A DNA stretch of 64,000 nt, taken from NCBI GenBank assembly GCA_964016885.1, contig OZ024761.1:19840001-19904000 (forward strand), written 5' to 3'. Shown here in pieces: positions 43,781 through 56,996 of the stretch. Made by a program: the position numbers and the translations under genes. The notes beneath the pieces are model-generated. The model made no database searches. It was not told the DNA's origin and saw nothing but the letters and a program-made list of their open reading frames with translations. This DNA is from Eledone cirrhosa (lineage: Eukaryota). Within the stretch, counting starts at the first letter, position 1. Each line of letters opens with the position of its first letter.

Positions 43781-45085
43781 GAAGAGCATCCAAATGTAGA
43801 AACCAAGCCAGAATCAGTTCTGTATGAGCAAGACATGGTCCCCTGACCTGGCATTGCTCACACAACAACTCATCTAGCCCATGTTAGCATAGAAAAATGG
43901 ACGTTAAACAGTGATAATGATGATGATATATATATATAAAGTTTAACATGACAAAATTCCACGTAAATGTTTTATTAGTTAGCAATTGTTATGTACGCAA
44001 TGATCAAAAATAAAAACATTTTAGTAAAACTTTGTCATGTTAAACTTAATATATACACTCTGCTTTAGCAAAGAGTATACACTGGTGCCACCTCCAATAA
44101 TCCATTTCATTACTGAATAATCTAAACTTGCATTACCATATTTCTAATAAAAGACACAGCTTATGATGTTCAAATAATTAAAGATTTGAAGTCATTTAGT
44201 AATATAACTTTCTCATTAGCCAGAGTTTGGAACATAACTTAATAATGGTTCTAAAAAAATATGATGGAAGGTTTTTTTGATAAACAGGAACACTTTAAAA
44301 CAGTTTTGTATCATAGAACCAGGGGCAGTTTTAGGTAGTTTGGTATCGAGTTAAGCCAGTGTTTGAAACAACTTGATAAAAGTTCTTACATAAAATTATG
44401 ATGGAAGGTTTTCACATAAATATGAACACTAAAATAGCTTTATATCATAAAACCAGGGGCAGTTTGAGGCAGTTTAAGCATTCAATTTTACTCCTCTATT
44501 TTTCCATCTTCATGGCCATCTCCTTTGCAAATTCGATAGATAGGCAGGAGAGATGGACAAATGTTATATCCAAATTATTTATATATCAATTAAAATTAGA
44601 TACACAGAGAAATTTACCTGATGAAACAAATTTTCTGGGATGCATCTTAATATTTTCTTAGATTCTCATCGTTGGCAACATAAATATTTCCATCCCTTAC
44701 ACTGAATATCAAGAGAAACCTACACAACACAAATACAAATAATAAAATAAGGATTTTCTTGGTGATTTTTTTAAAAGAAGTATTATCTATTAAGATTCAC
44801 GAGGGGATGGAGTTAAAATGTTTTAAGTTTCCTATGGGGCTAAGTGAATGAGACAACCGAAGAATATTAAGAATGTAGTGAAACAATTCTGAGAGAAAAT
44901 ATAAACTAGATTCAACAGCAGAGTTAATCAGAGCAGATGTCCCAAAGGAAAGCTAGTTTTAGTAAACATTACTATCAGCTGTTACAATAGTTAAGGAATG
45001 AGAACAGATGTCCCACTAGAAAGCTAAGATAGTAATGTTAGATCAGACATGTCCCCATGAAAAGCTAGTGTAGTAAGGTTATAGT

Positions 45086-45196
45086 TAGCTGTTACCATAG
45101 ACAAGGGATCAGAACAGATGTCAGCTGTTACCATTGACAAGGGATCAGAACAGATGTCGGCTGTTACAGTTGACAAGGGATCAGAACAGATGTCAG
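45086..45196. repeat. ~36-bp tandem repeat x3
   Basis: AGCTGTTACCATTGACAAGGGATCAGAACAGATGTC. Confidence 0.85.
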
Positions 45197-48100
45197 TACC
45201 TTCAATAGCATGAGGGCCAAGGAACAAGCAATGTCAACTGAAGAAGCCATGTATTAAAGGCATTTAAAAAAAATAAGGGTCTGAATCAACAGTTGAGTCA
45301 GTAAAGAATCTAGTATATTGTAATTAAACAGGAGACTGAAAACTAAATGTACTGGACACACTAGAGTAACCACAACCGACAGTATTAACAGCTCTCTATG
45401 GGAGATCGTAATCTGCTTGGAAAACTTTTTAAAGTAAGCTCTGCTGCTGAAGTGACATGATTCAGTGCTGTAGGTGGAGGGGAAAATGACGGGCCAAGAA
45501 AGTGTTACTTTTCTTATGGAACAAAAATACTCTGATATTTTCAAAAAGGTAGACCATATGTAGCATGTTTAAAGTATATTATTATCTGGTCAACTTTGCC
45601 TTTCATCCTTACGGGGTCGATAAAATAAAGCACCAGTAATGTACTGGGTAATTGCTGGCCTTGTGCCAAAAGTAGAAACAATTATTATCTGGTAATGAAC
45701 ACAACATGGCCAAATATTTCAGAGGTATCATTAGACCCCAGAGTCAATCCACTGCATGGCCAAATATTTCAAAGGTGTCATTAGATCCCGGAGTTGATCC
45801 ACTGCAGGGTATCACGTGCAGGGGTCACTGCAGCGTCAGGTTGACCCATGCCTAGTGAGTGTAACTGGAGAGATGGAAAGAAACTGTTTAAAGACCCGTC
45901 AAATAGATTGTACCTGTAATTCAAAAGGATAGCCTTGTCGCACCATGTAGAATCTCCCTGAGAATTATATTACAGGTGCACATGTCTATGGAATATTCAA
46001 CCACTTACATGTTAATTTCATGGACAATATTGTCCCATTGATGGAACACCAGGAAGAATTCATCGTGGAAAGCAACAGAGGTCCATTCCATTAAGTGGTG
46101 AGGAAATAGTGTAGAGAGGCTGCAGGGTTAGGGTTAAAGTACCACCAGCAAACTGAATGAGTAACATTAGCTAACAAGAAGGGCTGAGTACAAGTTAAGT
46201 AGCTGAGCATCAAAAGTCTAGGACCCATACACTACGCTGGTATCGACATGTAATCAAAACAACTGATGGTGAGTTGGTGTTGGACAAGTGCCACCAATGA
46301 ATGTTGACCGAGAAAGAACATTAAACCTTACATTAAATAAGATTAGAAAGTGTGCTATTGTATTGAAAACCCATCAAACCCACCCTCGACTGCATGAGGA
46401 GGAAAAAAAAAGGCTGAAAAAACAAAAAAAAATAATTTATATATATTTAAGATAATTAAAATTGGGCAAACAGCTTATTTGGGTAAATTAACTTCTAAAA
46501 CAAAGATAATGTAACAATATCAAAATAACTGATCCATTCTTACCATAAACTGGTAGAATTTAGAAATATAAAGACATAAATGGTAAGGCAGAAGGAATAC
46601 TCCTTCCTCACAGTAATTGAGGAATATCTGGTAGAATCAATAAAGACAAAATCTCATTACATATAATAAAAGGCATAACTACAAAACTTAGCATCTCCCT
46701 TACCAGCCGACAATAATAGACTGAACTTGAAGTAAATAGTTAAAAAAAAAAAACAGTTATATGTTGTCTCAAGTTAACAATTTTGATTTTGGCCATTGGA
46801 AATGTACTTTATTGCAAACCTATGTACATCTATGTTAACTTAAAGTCCTGTACCACATAAAACCACAGAAGCAAGACATTCTTCAAAGGCACACAAATAG
46901 CAACCATGACTGCATCACATAAAAAATTTTTTTTTTAAATCAAAAACTTTGCAATTTTTTTTTTTTTCACAACAATTTGTCCACTAGTATATAAGCATTT
47001 AAATTAACAAACACACATTGCAATATTATCTGCAAAAATGATTACAGGATGTTAAGAGTCAGACAATTTTTATAGATTTTACAGAGAAATAATAAAAATG
47101 ACAACGTCATTTGAAGCAAACTAGAGACAAGTCACATACACACATCGAAAGGTTTGAATTTAAATACAGAAACAATGAAAGAGAAGCTCTCTCTATATAT
47201 AAAACCAGAAAGCAACATAAGCAGAGAGTATAGTTTGAGAGACTTCATTCAACCAGGAGAGAAATCCCAGGCATTCTTTTAGTCACTACAGCAAAATTTA
47301 AAATTATATTTTAATAAGCAAAGTGTTTTTTTATTCTTTTTTTTTTTATATTTTATTACATGCACAAACAAGAGTTAGTTGGGAAAAAAAAAAAAAAAAA
47401 GTGTTTTAAATTCATGAAAATACAATTAAAAGAAAGCCTGGAAGGATATAACTAAATTTATCGACTATTTTTAGTTTTGTTCCTAGGCAGAGTTATTTGA
47501 AACTGAATAAATATATATATATATATATATATGTAAAAGTTCTATTTAAATTGTTGGGATACAACAAGCAAATATTTTTTTTTTATAACCTGTAACCCTT
47601 CACAGAATTGTAAGGGGTGTTATAGTAACATACAGCAGGTTTGGGGAATTTTAAACTTGGCAGAGCCCATTCCTTCTCCAGGTCTGAACAGAGATGTTTT
47701 TTTCCAGAGGAAGAAGAGAAAGAGTGATAGAGAAGTGGAGAAGAATCAACTCCATTGCTGGACTGGTACTTTTTGTTTTATCGGTCTCAAAAAGATGAAT
47801 GGTGGAGTTGATCTGCAGAAAGCTGGAACAAATAACCCCCAAACATTCTAATAACTCTTCCAATTCGCCACCACATATTACTATTTACAATCGAATACCT
47901 TTAACCCTTTCCTTTCATGACCATATTTCTAATGAAATACACAGCCTAGGTTTCTATTAACCTTGAAAATAATAAAGAACAACATTTACATTTATGTCTA
48001 AACCAGGCTGAAATATAACTTAGGTAAAATTCTAACAGAAAGTTTAACTTCAATATATTGATATAAATATTTTAAAAAGGGAAGCTTTTGTATCATAGAA

Positions 48101-48322
48101 CCAGAGACAGTATCACAAGGGTTGTATTGAAAGTGTGAAGGGTAACTTTAGGGTAGAAAAACACCAAATGTCAGTCTTTTATCAAAAGGTATGTTGTGGT
48201 TAAACTTTGAAATACCTGACGACACAAAATATCTCAACATTTTAATAAAGGCATCCGATAAAACTAGATTGCTTCATGAAACAAAACTTGTTAAAATTAA
48301 AAGTTATGCAGCTAATGAAATA

Positions 48323-48525
48323 CAAGAGTCAGCTGAAAAGTTCATAGGTTGACTATGAAGGAGTGATGCTAGAGCTGTGAAATCTTGCATGGCATTAATT
48401 TCAACACTTCTTAATGTTAATAACTGCATTGTTTTTTTTCCAGGGACTAAGTAGAAAAATAAACTACATTTAGTCATTCCATGAGGGTATATTGGCCAGC
48501 CTATGAACTTTTCAGCCGACCCTTG
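48323..48525. mobile_element. mariner-type MITE (same family as 12341-12597)
   Basis: TA|CAAGAGTCAGCTGAAAAGTTCATAGG ... CCTATGAACTTTTCAGCCGACCCTTG|TA. Confidence 0.85.
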
Positions 48526-49624
48526 TAGCACCATAATTATTATCATCATCATTTTCGTCATCACACTGCCTATATAATGGCAGCCAGTGACCTACCCACA
48601 ATCCTACAATTCTAATTTAAGAATAGTCAGAGTAACCTAATACCTATAACACATAGTACAGAGGAAGACATCAAATTTTACTTTATTTCTTGCTTTGTCA
48701 GACATTAATACCAAATGTTTCTAGTCAATGGCTCTGATCTACTTCGGTAAATTAAATTTAACAAATCCCAATTGTAATAAAATTTATGTCTCACGAGTGA
48801 AATTCAACAACCTAAGATGTCTTCATTTAAGCTGATACATCAAAAACTATCCTACATTCCTTTTTTTATACCTAAAAGCAAAAATTCTTCAAAATTACTG
48901 GTATTTACAGAAGAGAACTGATATCTTGAGTTTGCTATATAATATTTAGCTGGCTTGTATGAGTCATGCTGTATATGTAATAGTAAAAAAAAAAAAAAAC
49001 ATATATACACATATATTACTATACTGGAAATGTAAACACACCACTATCTTAAACATATATTTTCCTGAACATGATGTAAAGAGAAAACACACAGACATAC
49101 AGATGGCTATAAAACTCATACAAGCGTAGAAAGGGGAAAGATAAAATATTAAAGGTGGGTAAAGTGTTGTTTTCCAACATAATTAACTGTGAAATGAGAT
49201 AAAATGATTATTAAATGTTTCTAATATTAATGATAAAAAGTAAAAAATAAAAGGGTAGGACAAAAAAAAAATCTATGCATGGTTTAAGATCTAAAGAGAG
49301 ATATTTCATCATTTTAAACTCATTTTTTCTTCTTTTTTTTTACCCTTCCATACTGGCATGCGTTGGACAGGTCGTTATAGACCAAGGAGTTACTTAATTT
49401 GAGCTACTGACCTCATACAGGCCACACTGGGCCACCTTTTATTCCACTATATATATATATTAACTAGTCAACAATTAACTACATAACATAACATTATAAT
49501 ACGAAGCTTAAACATTTTTTTTTCAATTAAATAGCTATACGGAATTATTAAAATATGTTGTTTTTAAATGACTAGGTTGATTATATTTAATGAAAAATAG
49601 TTTTGTTTTATAAAGCAGACTTAC

Positions 49625-49645
49625 CCATCTGACAGGCAGAACAGA
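49625..49645 (-). CDS. candidate 21-nt eIF4G microexon / start-codon exon
   Basis: CTCCATTTATATTTTAG|TCTGTTCTGCCTGTCAGATGG|GTAAGT; splicing to 36060 gives ATG G|AG CAA TGG (MEQW...) in frame. Confidence 0.4.
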
Positions 49646-50251
49646 CTAAAATATAAATGGAGTTTTTTTTCTGGCTACTACAATAGTGCTCAAGGCCAGT
49701 GTCCACCCGACTGGTCAATGAGATGTCTAAAGACAATAATGTACCGGACGACTTAAACAATTAGTTAGCAGACACCTTACTAATCAGATAGTTGCACACC
49801 ACATATAACAATCTCCAATAGTGTCAAACTAGATGTTTTTTAAAAACCTCCTGTCCACCACCTCAACCACAACCATTACTACTACCATCACCACAACTAT
49901 TACTACCACTACACCACTGGATAGCAACTATCTAAGCACCTTGCAACACCAAAACTTGCTAACTGCCAACCTTAACACATAACAGAAGAGAATGGTGGAT
50001 AACTGGACAACTGAAATCACATCAAAATTTAAAACAATTATAGACTAAACAGAGTTTACACAAAAGAAATGATTCCGAGATAAATGGGTGCAGGCATAGC
50101 CTCGTGGTTAACAAGTTTGTTTAACAATATTCTCGTTCGGAGTTCAATTCTAATGAATGGTATTTTGAGTGTCGATTCAACCTTTGCCTTGGGTGAATCC
50201 AAGCTTTGTAAATAAAACAGGATAGATAGAAATTGTATGATAGGCTTTTAA

Positions 50252-50452
50252 CCCTTTTGTTACCATATTTCTAAAGAAATACACAGCCATTATATTTCAA
50301 TTCATTTCGAAAAGTAATGAAAATTGGAAAAATTTACTAATATAACTAACTTATTAATTATATAAAATTACGAGGGAAAGTTTTTAGATAAATATAAACA
50401 CCTTCATATCATAGAACCAGAAGTGGTTTCAGGTAGTTTGCTATGAAAAGGG
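50252..50452. mobile_element. piggyBac-type MITE (~200 bp), with many decayed relatives across the window
   Basis: TTAA|CCCTTTTGTTACCA ... TGCTATGAAAAGGG|TTAA; related internal sequence (ATCATAGAACCAG, GATGGAAGGTTTT) near 27700, 39310-39750, 41890-42160, 44250-44470, 47900-48140, 58400, 58620-58810 and 61470. Confidence 0.75.
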
Positions 50453-51259
50453 TTAACATTAGTTTAACTTCATGTGGCTCTTGGGTCCTTTTAACAGGGA
50501 CCATTGTTATAAACAAGTTAGACCATGTGGTTTCTTCCTCTCCAACACAGCACCAGATAAATAACAAGAAAGTTATATTATTAAATCCCACCAAATTCTC
50601 TAGTTTCAAAACTATTTAAAAATCATAAACAGCAAATTTTCATGAAGACTAATCAGGAATTTTTAAACAAGAATTATATGTAAAGTCCATCAAGATACTG
50701 CTGCGATCTTTACAGCTTCTAATGGCCTAAACAGATTTGTAAAATATACAAATAAAATACTTGAAGCTGAAGATCTTTCAGTGAAGCATTTGAATGACAG
50801 AAACTAAAAGGAAACTTAATTACGATTGTACATAACTTTAGCAGAAGGAATGTCAACGAGACTGTTTAGTTTGTTATGACTGACAGGAAATTGAGCTTTA
50901 AAATAGATTCGACTCCTTCGTTAGCATAGTTCTAATGAAGAAACACTGATTATTATTTTCAAATCGTTTTAAAAATAATCAATAATCTGGAATTTGTAAA
51001 CTATATTTTGTAATTATTAAGCCCCCGTTTGGAACATAATAAAGGTTATGTAGAGCATTGCCACAAGCTTGTGAAAGTGAACTGTTGACAGAAGGGACTG
51101 CACACTGACTATTGAACTGTAAAAGGACTTCCGGTTAGGCAGCTAACAAGAGCTGGACTTTAGGGACAGATTGTTCCTCCTTACACTTTTTAAATGTTTG
51201 TCACACAATAAACAGACCAACAAATCACCAATTGTTAAGTATAGCTTAACTAAAGCTAT

Positions 51260-51590
51260 ATCATCATCATCATCATTTTACGTCCGCTTTTCTTTGCTTG
51301 CAAGGGTGGGACGGGAACTGATTCTAGCTTGATTTCTACAGCTGGATGCCCTTCCTAACACCAACCTCATTTACAGTGAGTGCTGGGTGCTTTTTTGCCG
51401 TGGCACCTCCACGACCACTTTGCAGTGGAATGATAGGGACCCTAGTCCCTATCATCTCATTTCTACAGCTGAGTAAACTGGAGCAATGTGAAATAAAGTG
51501 TCTTGCTCAAGGAAACAACACATCACCCGGTCTGAGAATTGAACTCACAACCTTTCGATTGCAAGGCCAATGCTCTAACCACTAAGCCAT
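51260..51590 (-). mobile_element. young tRNA-derived SINE, copy 4
   Basis: Near-identical to the other three copies; TATATCA near both ends as a possible target duplication. Confidence 0.9.
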
Positions 51591-52540
51591 AAATATATCA
51601 GAATATCACGGAGCTGTTTCACCTGCTTTCATATCAACAGTTCAAGAATGTTTAACTCCAGTTTATAACTAATTAAAACCTCTAGTTAATCTTTTAATAC
51701 CTGAAATATCTGAAGACATTCTTGTATAGAGCAAAGAGAGAAGACAACTAGCTTCAAAGTTTCAAACCACTCTCTCTCCCTCCCTACAAAAGCAAACAAA
51801 AAAAAAAAGGTACCAAATTTTGATACAAAAGCAAACAAAAAAAAAAGGTACCAAATTTTGATTGAAGGTAATGAAGTGTCTTCTACTGCTCTTTAGAACA
51901 GTATACACCAAATTGGCTGACCATTATTCTATAACACCATTATAATCACTAGAGAGAGAAGATTCGACCCCCATTACAGGGTATTAAGAGATAATACCGT
52001 AAATGTTCACAATGATCCGTTCACTATAAACATTTGAATTAAACATTTTTAAATATTCTCTTTTAAATCATTACAGGATGTTAGAAGTTAAATAAAACTG
52101 AGGGCTATAAATCTTTCTTCTTTCATATCAGGGGTTTCTTCTTACAAATGATAGACAGCATTTTATTACTAAAAGTGAGAAAACTAAAATTCACCACCAT
52201 ATGTCTACATGAAATAATATTAAATAAACACCTGCCACTGAGAAGAGTAGGTCATGCCATTCATACATTCACTGAGATAACAAAATATAACAACCAAATA
52301 GAATTTCTATTGACATAAAACACTGTAGGATCGATATGTTAAAATAGAGTTCCCCTGACGTCAAAAATGTTAGCACTTTAAGTAGGTGGATCATGGGGTT
52401 CATAAGTCGGGGAAGGAAGAGAAGGAAGCCCCTCTAGGACAGCAGTCACTCCAAATAAGATTGTATGGGCTCTATAAGCCACAGGAGAAGGCAGCCCCTC
52501 TGAATAAATAAGACTGCGTGTGGTGGTTATACACGGGCTC

Positions 52541-53458
52541 CATAAGCCACAGAGAAGGCAGCCTGTCTAGGGCAGCAGTCACTCCAAATAAACACACTTG
52601 TACAAGGTAGACGTGGGCTCCATAAGCCACAGAGAAGGCAGCCTGTCTAGGGCAGCAGTCACTCCAAATAGACACACTTGTACAAGGTAGACGTGGGCTC
52701 TGTAAGCCACAGAGAAAGCAGCCTGTCTAGGGCAGCAGTCACTCCAAATAAACACACTTGTACAAGGTAGACGTGGGCTCCATAAGCCACAGAGAAGGCA
52801 GCCTGTCTAGGGCAGCAGTCACTCCAAATAAACACACTTGTACAAGGTAGACGTGGGCTCCATAAGCCACAGAGAAGGCAGCCTGTCTAGGGCAGCAGTC
52901 ACTCCAAATAAACACACTTGTACAAGGTAGACGTGGGCTCCATAAGCCACAGAGAAGGCAGCCTGTCTAGGGCAGCAGTCACTCCAAATAAACACACTTG
53001 TACAAGGTAGACGTGGGCTCTGTAAGCCACAGAGAAGGCAGCCTGTCTAGAGCAGCAGTCACTCCAAATAAACACACTTGTACAAGGTAGACGTGGGCTC
53101 TGTAAGCCACAGAGAAGGCAGCCTGTCTAGGGCAGCAGTCACTCCAAATAAACACACTTGTACAAGGTAGACGTGGGCTCTGTAAGCCACAGAGAAGGCA
53201 GCCTGTCTAGGGCAGCAGTCACTCCAAATAAACACACTTGTACAAGGTAGACGTGGGCTCTGTAAGCCACAGAGAAGGCAGCCTGTCTAGGGCAGCAGTC
53301 ACTCCAAATAAACACACTTGTACAAGGTAGACGTGGGCTCCATAAGCCACAGAGAAGGCAGCCTGTCTAGGGCAGCAGTCACTCCAAATAAACACACTTG
53401 TACAAGGTAGACGTGGGCTCTGTAAGCCACAGAGAAAGCAGCCTGTCTAGAGCAGCAA
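52541..53458. repeat. 80-bp minisatellite x~11.5, highly homogeneous
   Basis: Unit CATAAGCCACAGAGAAGGCAGCCTGTCTAGGGCAGCAGTCACTCCAAATAAACACACTTGTACAAGGTAGACGTGGGCTC at exact 80-bp spacing; a related dispersed copy lies inverted at ~62790-62950. Confidence 0.97.
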
Positions 53459-54657
53459 TCGTTTTGAATAAAATGTGATACAGAGAAGGGAGGACCCTTA
53501 AGCCCAGTGAGATAACCTCACTAATGCTGCTGGCCCAATAACATGCACCCAGTCCATGTTGTAAAGTAGTTTGTGATAGGAAAGGTATCCAACCTGGGAA
53601 AAAAAATCCTGCTAAAAATTATGGGACAAAAAAAGAAAGAAAAAAAAAAAAAGCTACATCCATTTAAAACAGCTGAAGCCATTGATAAATCTCTCGAGAC
53701 TTTGTACTTTATATTTAAGAGTAAAATATTAGCAATAATTTACAATTGTGATAATGTTGGCCACTTGTTAGAAATTGTGTATCAAAAGTTGTCACCTGTT
53801 CTATGAAACATCACAGCTTTTCCTACTTCTAAAATATTTTACTGGTCCACTGAACGGTTTAATAACTTACTGTAGTGGTTTAACAGATAATGTCTAAAAA
53901 CAGGGTTTAATTTAAATGTTTATAGCATCTTTACTAGTGTACAGGTCATTGTGAAAATTTACAGTAAATGAAAGTGAAGGCTTTAATTCTTAATGTTATG
54001 CAGACATAGTTCTGTTTCATATTTATCGAGATTGTCTTGATAATGTGGTTTTGTGTGGTGTAGGATGTTGAGAGAGTTAACTAGTGCTATAAAAGCATTT
54101 ACTAAGCATAAATTTACATAAAAACAATAAAGAATTTAATATTTAGTGAAACATACAGAGAAAGAAAGCAGCATTAGAAAGAACTATAAATGCCATAAAT
54201 GAGAGAGCAAGGACTATTAAGCGACAGGAGAAGGAGAGAGGCTGTCAACAAATTCTAAGCAAACTGGTTAAACTGCCAACCAAAATAAAAAGAGGAACTT
54301 ATAACAGAACAATGCTTTACAGTGTTTTATAAAGCATTGTAAACACAAGTTGGAAGTTCATTGATAGAGACTACACAAGATAATTATTTCATTCTCTCTC
54401 AACTTAAAGAATCAACCTACAGGAAATAAGGTCTATGAAAATGTAGACCCTCCACCACCACCTTATAATGAAAAGTTTAGTCAAATTCTTCAAACATCCA
54501 TTACAATTTTCTGTTCACTTTAACTTCCATGGACTAGAAATGGTGAAAAGTGCTTTAAATGGTTAGTTTAGTCATTCTGTGTTCAAATAACCCACATTTG
54601 GTGAAGATTGCCAAATTGTATTGCATTCATTGTATATTTATTTATTCTTCTCTTTAA

Positions 54658-55260
54658 TGTTTAGCATATGCAAGACTAACTGTGTATGTGTGAATGGGAA
54701 CAGACCCTTGTTTAGCATATATGCAAGACTAACTGTGTATGTGTGAATAGGAACAGACCCTTGTTTAGCATATACAAGGCTAACTGTGTATGTGTGAATA
54801 GGAACAGACCCTTGTTTAGCATATGCAAGGCTAACTGTGTATGTGTGAATAGGAACAGACCCTTGTTTAGCATATACAAGGCTAACTGTGTATGTGTGAA
54901 TAGGAACAGACCCTTGTTTAGCATATACAAGGCTAACTGTGTATGTGTGAATGAGAACAGACCCTTGTTTAGCATATACAAGACTAACTGTGTATGTGTG
55001 AATGGGAACAGACCCTTGTTTAGCATATACAAGGCTAACTGTGTATGTGTGAATGAGAACAGACCCTTGTTTAGTATATACAAGACTAACTGTGTATGTG
55101 TGAATGAGAACAGACCCTTGTTTAGTATATACAAGACTGTGTATGTGTGAATGGGAACAGACCCTTGTTTAGCATATGCAAGGCTAACTGTGTATGTGTG
55201 AATAGGAACAGACCCTTCTTTAGCATATACAAGGCTAACTGTGTATGTATGAATGAGAAC
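54658..55260. repeat. 51-bp minisatellite x~12
   Basis: Unit TGTTTAGCATATACAAGGCTAACTGTGTATGTGTGAATAGGAACAGACCCT. Confidence 0.97.
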
Positions 55261-56964
55261 GGAGCCATAATTTCTGAGGGACTCAGGAGCGGCAAAAAGA
55301 CATATGCTGTGTCTTAGGCATTTTTTTAAAAACCTAGCAGAGCCCATTCTTCTCCAGGTTTGAACACAGCTGATTTCTTCCAAGGGAGATATATATAGAG
55401 AGAAAGAGGAAGAATTAACCGTAGTACAGGACTGGACTGGTATTTTTTATTATTTTATTAATCGAACCTCTGAAAGGATGAAAGGCAAAGTTGACCTTGG
55501 CAGACTTTGACCCTCAGAGTGCAGAAAGCTGGAATGAATACTGCAAAGCATACATATTCAAAACTGTGACCCCAACAGTAAATGCTGCACTGATTGACAA
55601 GTTAAACATTTACATTAATTCATTTGAAACCAACTTCTATAATATCTTATTCATAACTCATTTAGTGCAACAAGGCAATACACTTATAAGGATTAGAAAA
55701 GAGATTGTTTAGTGTTCACATACTTCAAGAGTATTGGAGACTGAAAGAGAACTTACACACTAGTAATAGTACACATACACCATTTAATCTCTTGAACACA
55801 ATATTGCAATTCAGACCATTTGAGGCAATATATAGATATCTCATCATATCCAAAGTTAACTGCAAGATGTGAGTATGGGAAAACAGGGCCAAATATTTCT
55901 TAAACAACCCTGCTCACTCATTCTTTCTGTGTATGTAAGCGGGACACAGATCTCTGGCATGTCTGGGAGATTTATAACTATTTCATTACTGACTTGGTCT
56001 ATGTAGACCCAACCAACCTTTGCTAGCAGGGAAAGTAGATGTTAAAACAACAACAATGATATATATATATATACACACACTATATATATACTTGTGTATA
56101 AGTCACACCATTTTTACATACATTCACACACAATATACCATAGATTTTGAATCGAGGATTTATAGTCCCACTAGATAAGTTGCATGTTGGTTTTTCACAA
56201 GTATTATCATAGAGAAATGTAACTTATGTAAGTAGGTACGTATGTATATAAATATATATATATATGAGAAGCTTTTCAATTATAATGCACTCACATTAGA
56301 AAAAGATTTCTAAAAATAAAATAAAAGCCACATAAAGACCAAATAAAAACAAAAACTACTTAAGACCAATTTATATTTTCTTTAAATAGCATGTTATTAT
56401 CCAATGTGGCACAAATTTAGGTTTAATCAAACTAACAGTGGGTTTTTTTAAAAACTTAGGTACCAGGTAAATTTCAGGATAGAGTGAGCAGCAATAGTAG
56501 TGTATTACTGGTACTTTAGTCCTTAGAAAGAGATGTAAAGCATATATATATAAGTATGGACATATAACTCCTGGTGGTGTTGTAAGGGTGTTATTACATG
56601 CACCATTTCTTGGGTATATTTTAAAACCTGGTGGAACCCATCTCTTCTCCAGTTAATAGATGCCTTTCTTGATGTCAACCCTTTTAGTTGCTTCTTATGA
56701 CATGCAGAGATACAGTGTACCTATACCAAAAGCTGGCATGTTTGATTTCTATATATATATATAGAGAGAGAGGAGAGAGAGAGAGAGAGAGAGAGAGATG
56801 TGTGTACATACACAGGGATAACATACTAAGAAGGTAAAATCTTTGAGGAACTGCAGAAGATGCAACAAGTTAAGGCATTACATCCCAGAGTACGTCAGCT
56901 TTTAGAATAGAGACAGGGGACATGGTAGAAATAAAAGACTGGCAACCACCGATACTGCATACAG

Positions 56965-56996
<32 letters not shown>

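Noticed and set aside
46704-46720. 17-nt CAG...GTAAGG possible microexon (similar cases near 41633 and 61579)
   Set aside because: Weak pyrimidine tract or frame-shifting length; such matches are expected by chance in 28 kb of AT-rich DNA.
52541-55383. Regular arrays resembling CRISPR, and the 223-aa ORF at 54712-55383
   Set aside because: Units are contiguous with no unique spacers, there are no cas genes and the DNA is eukaryotic; the ORF exists because the 51-bp unit is a multiple of three.
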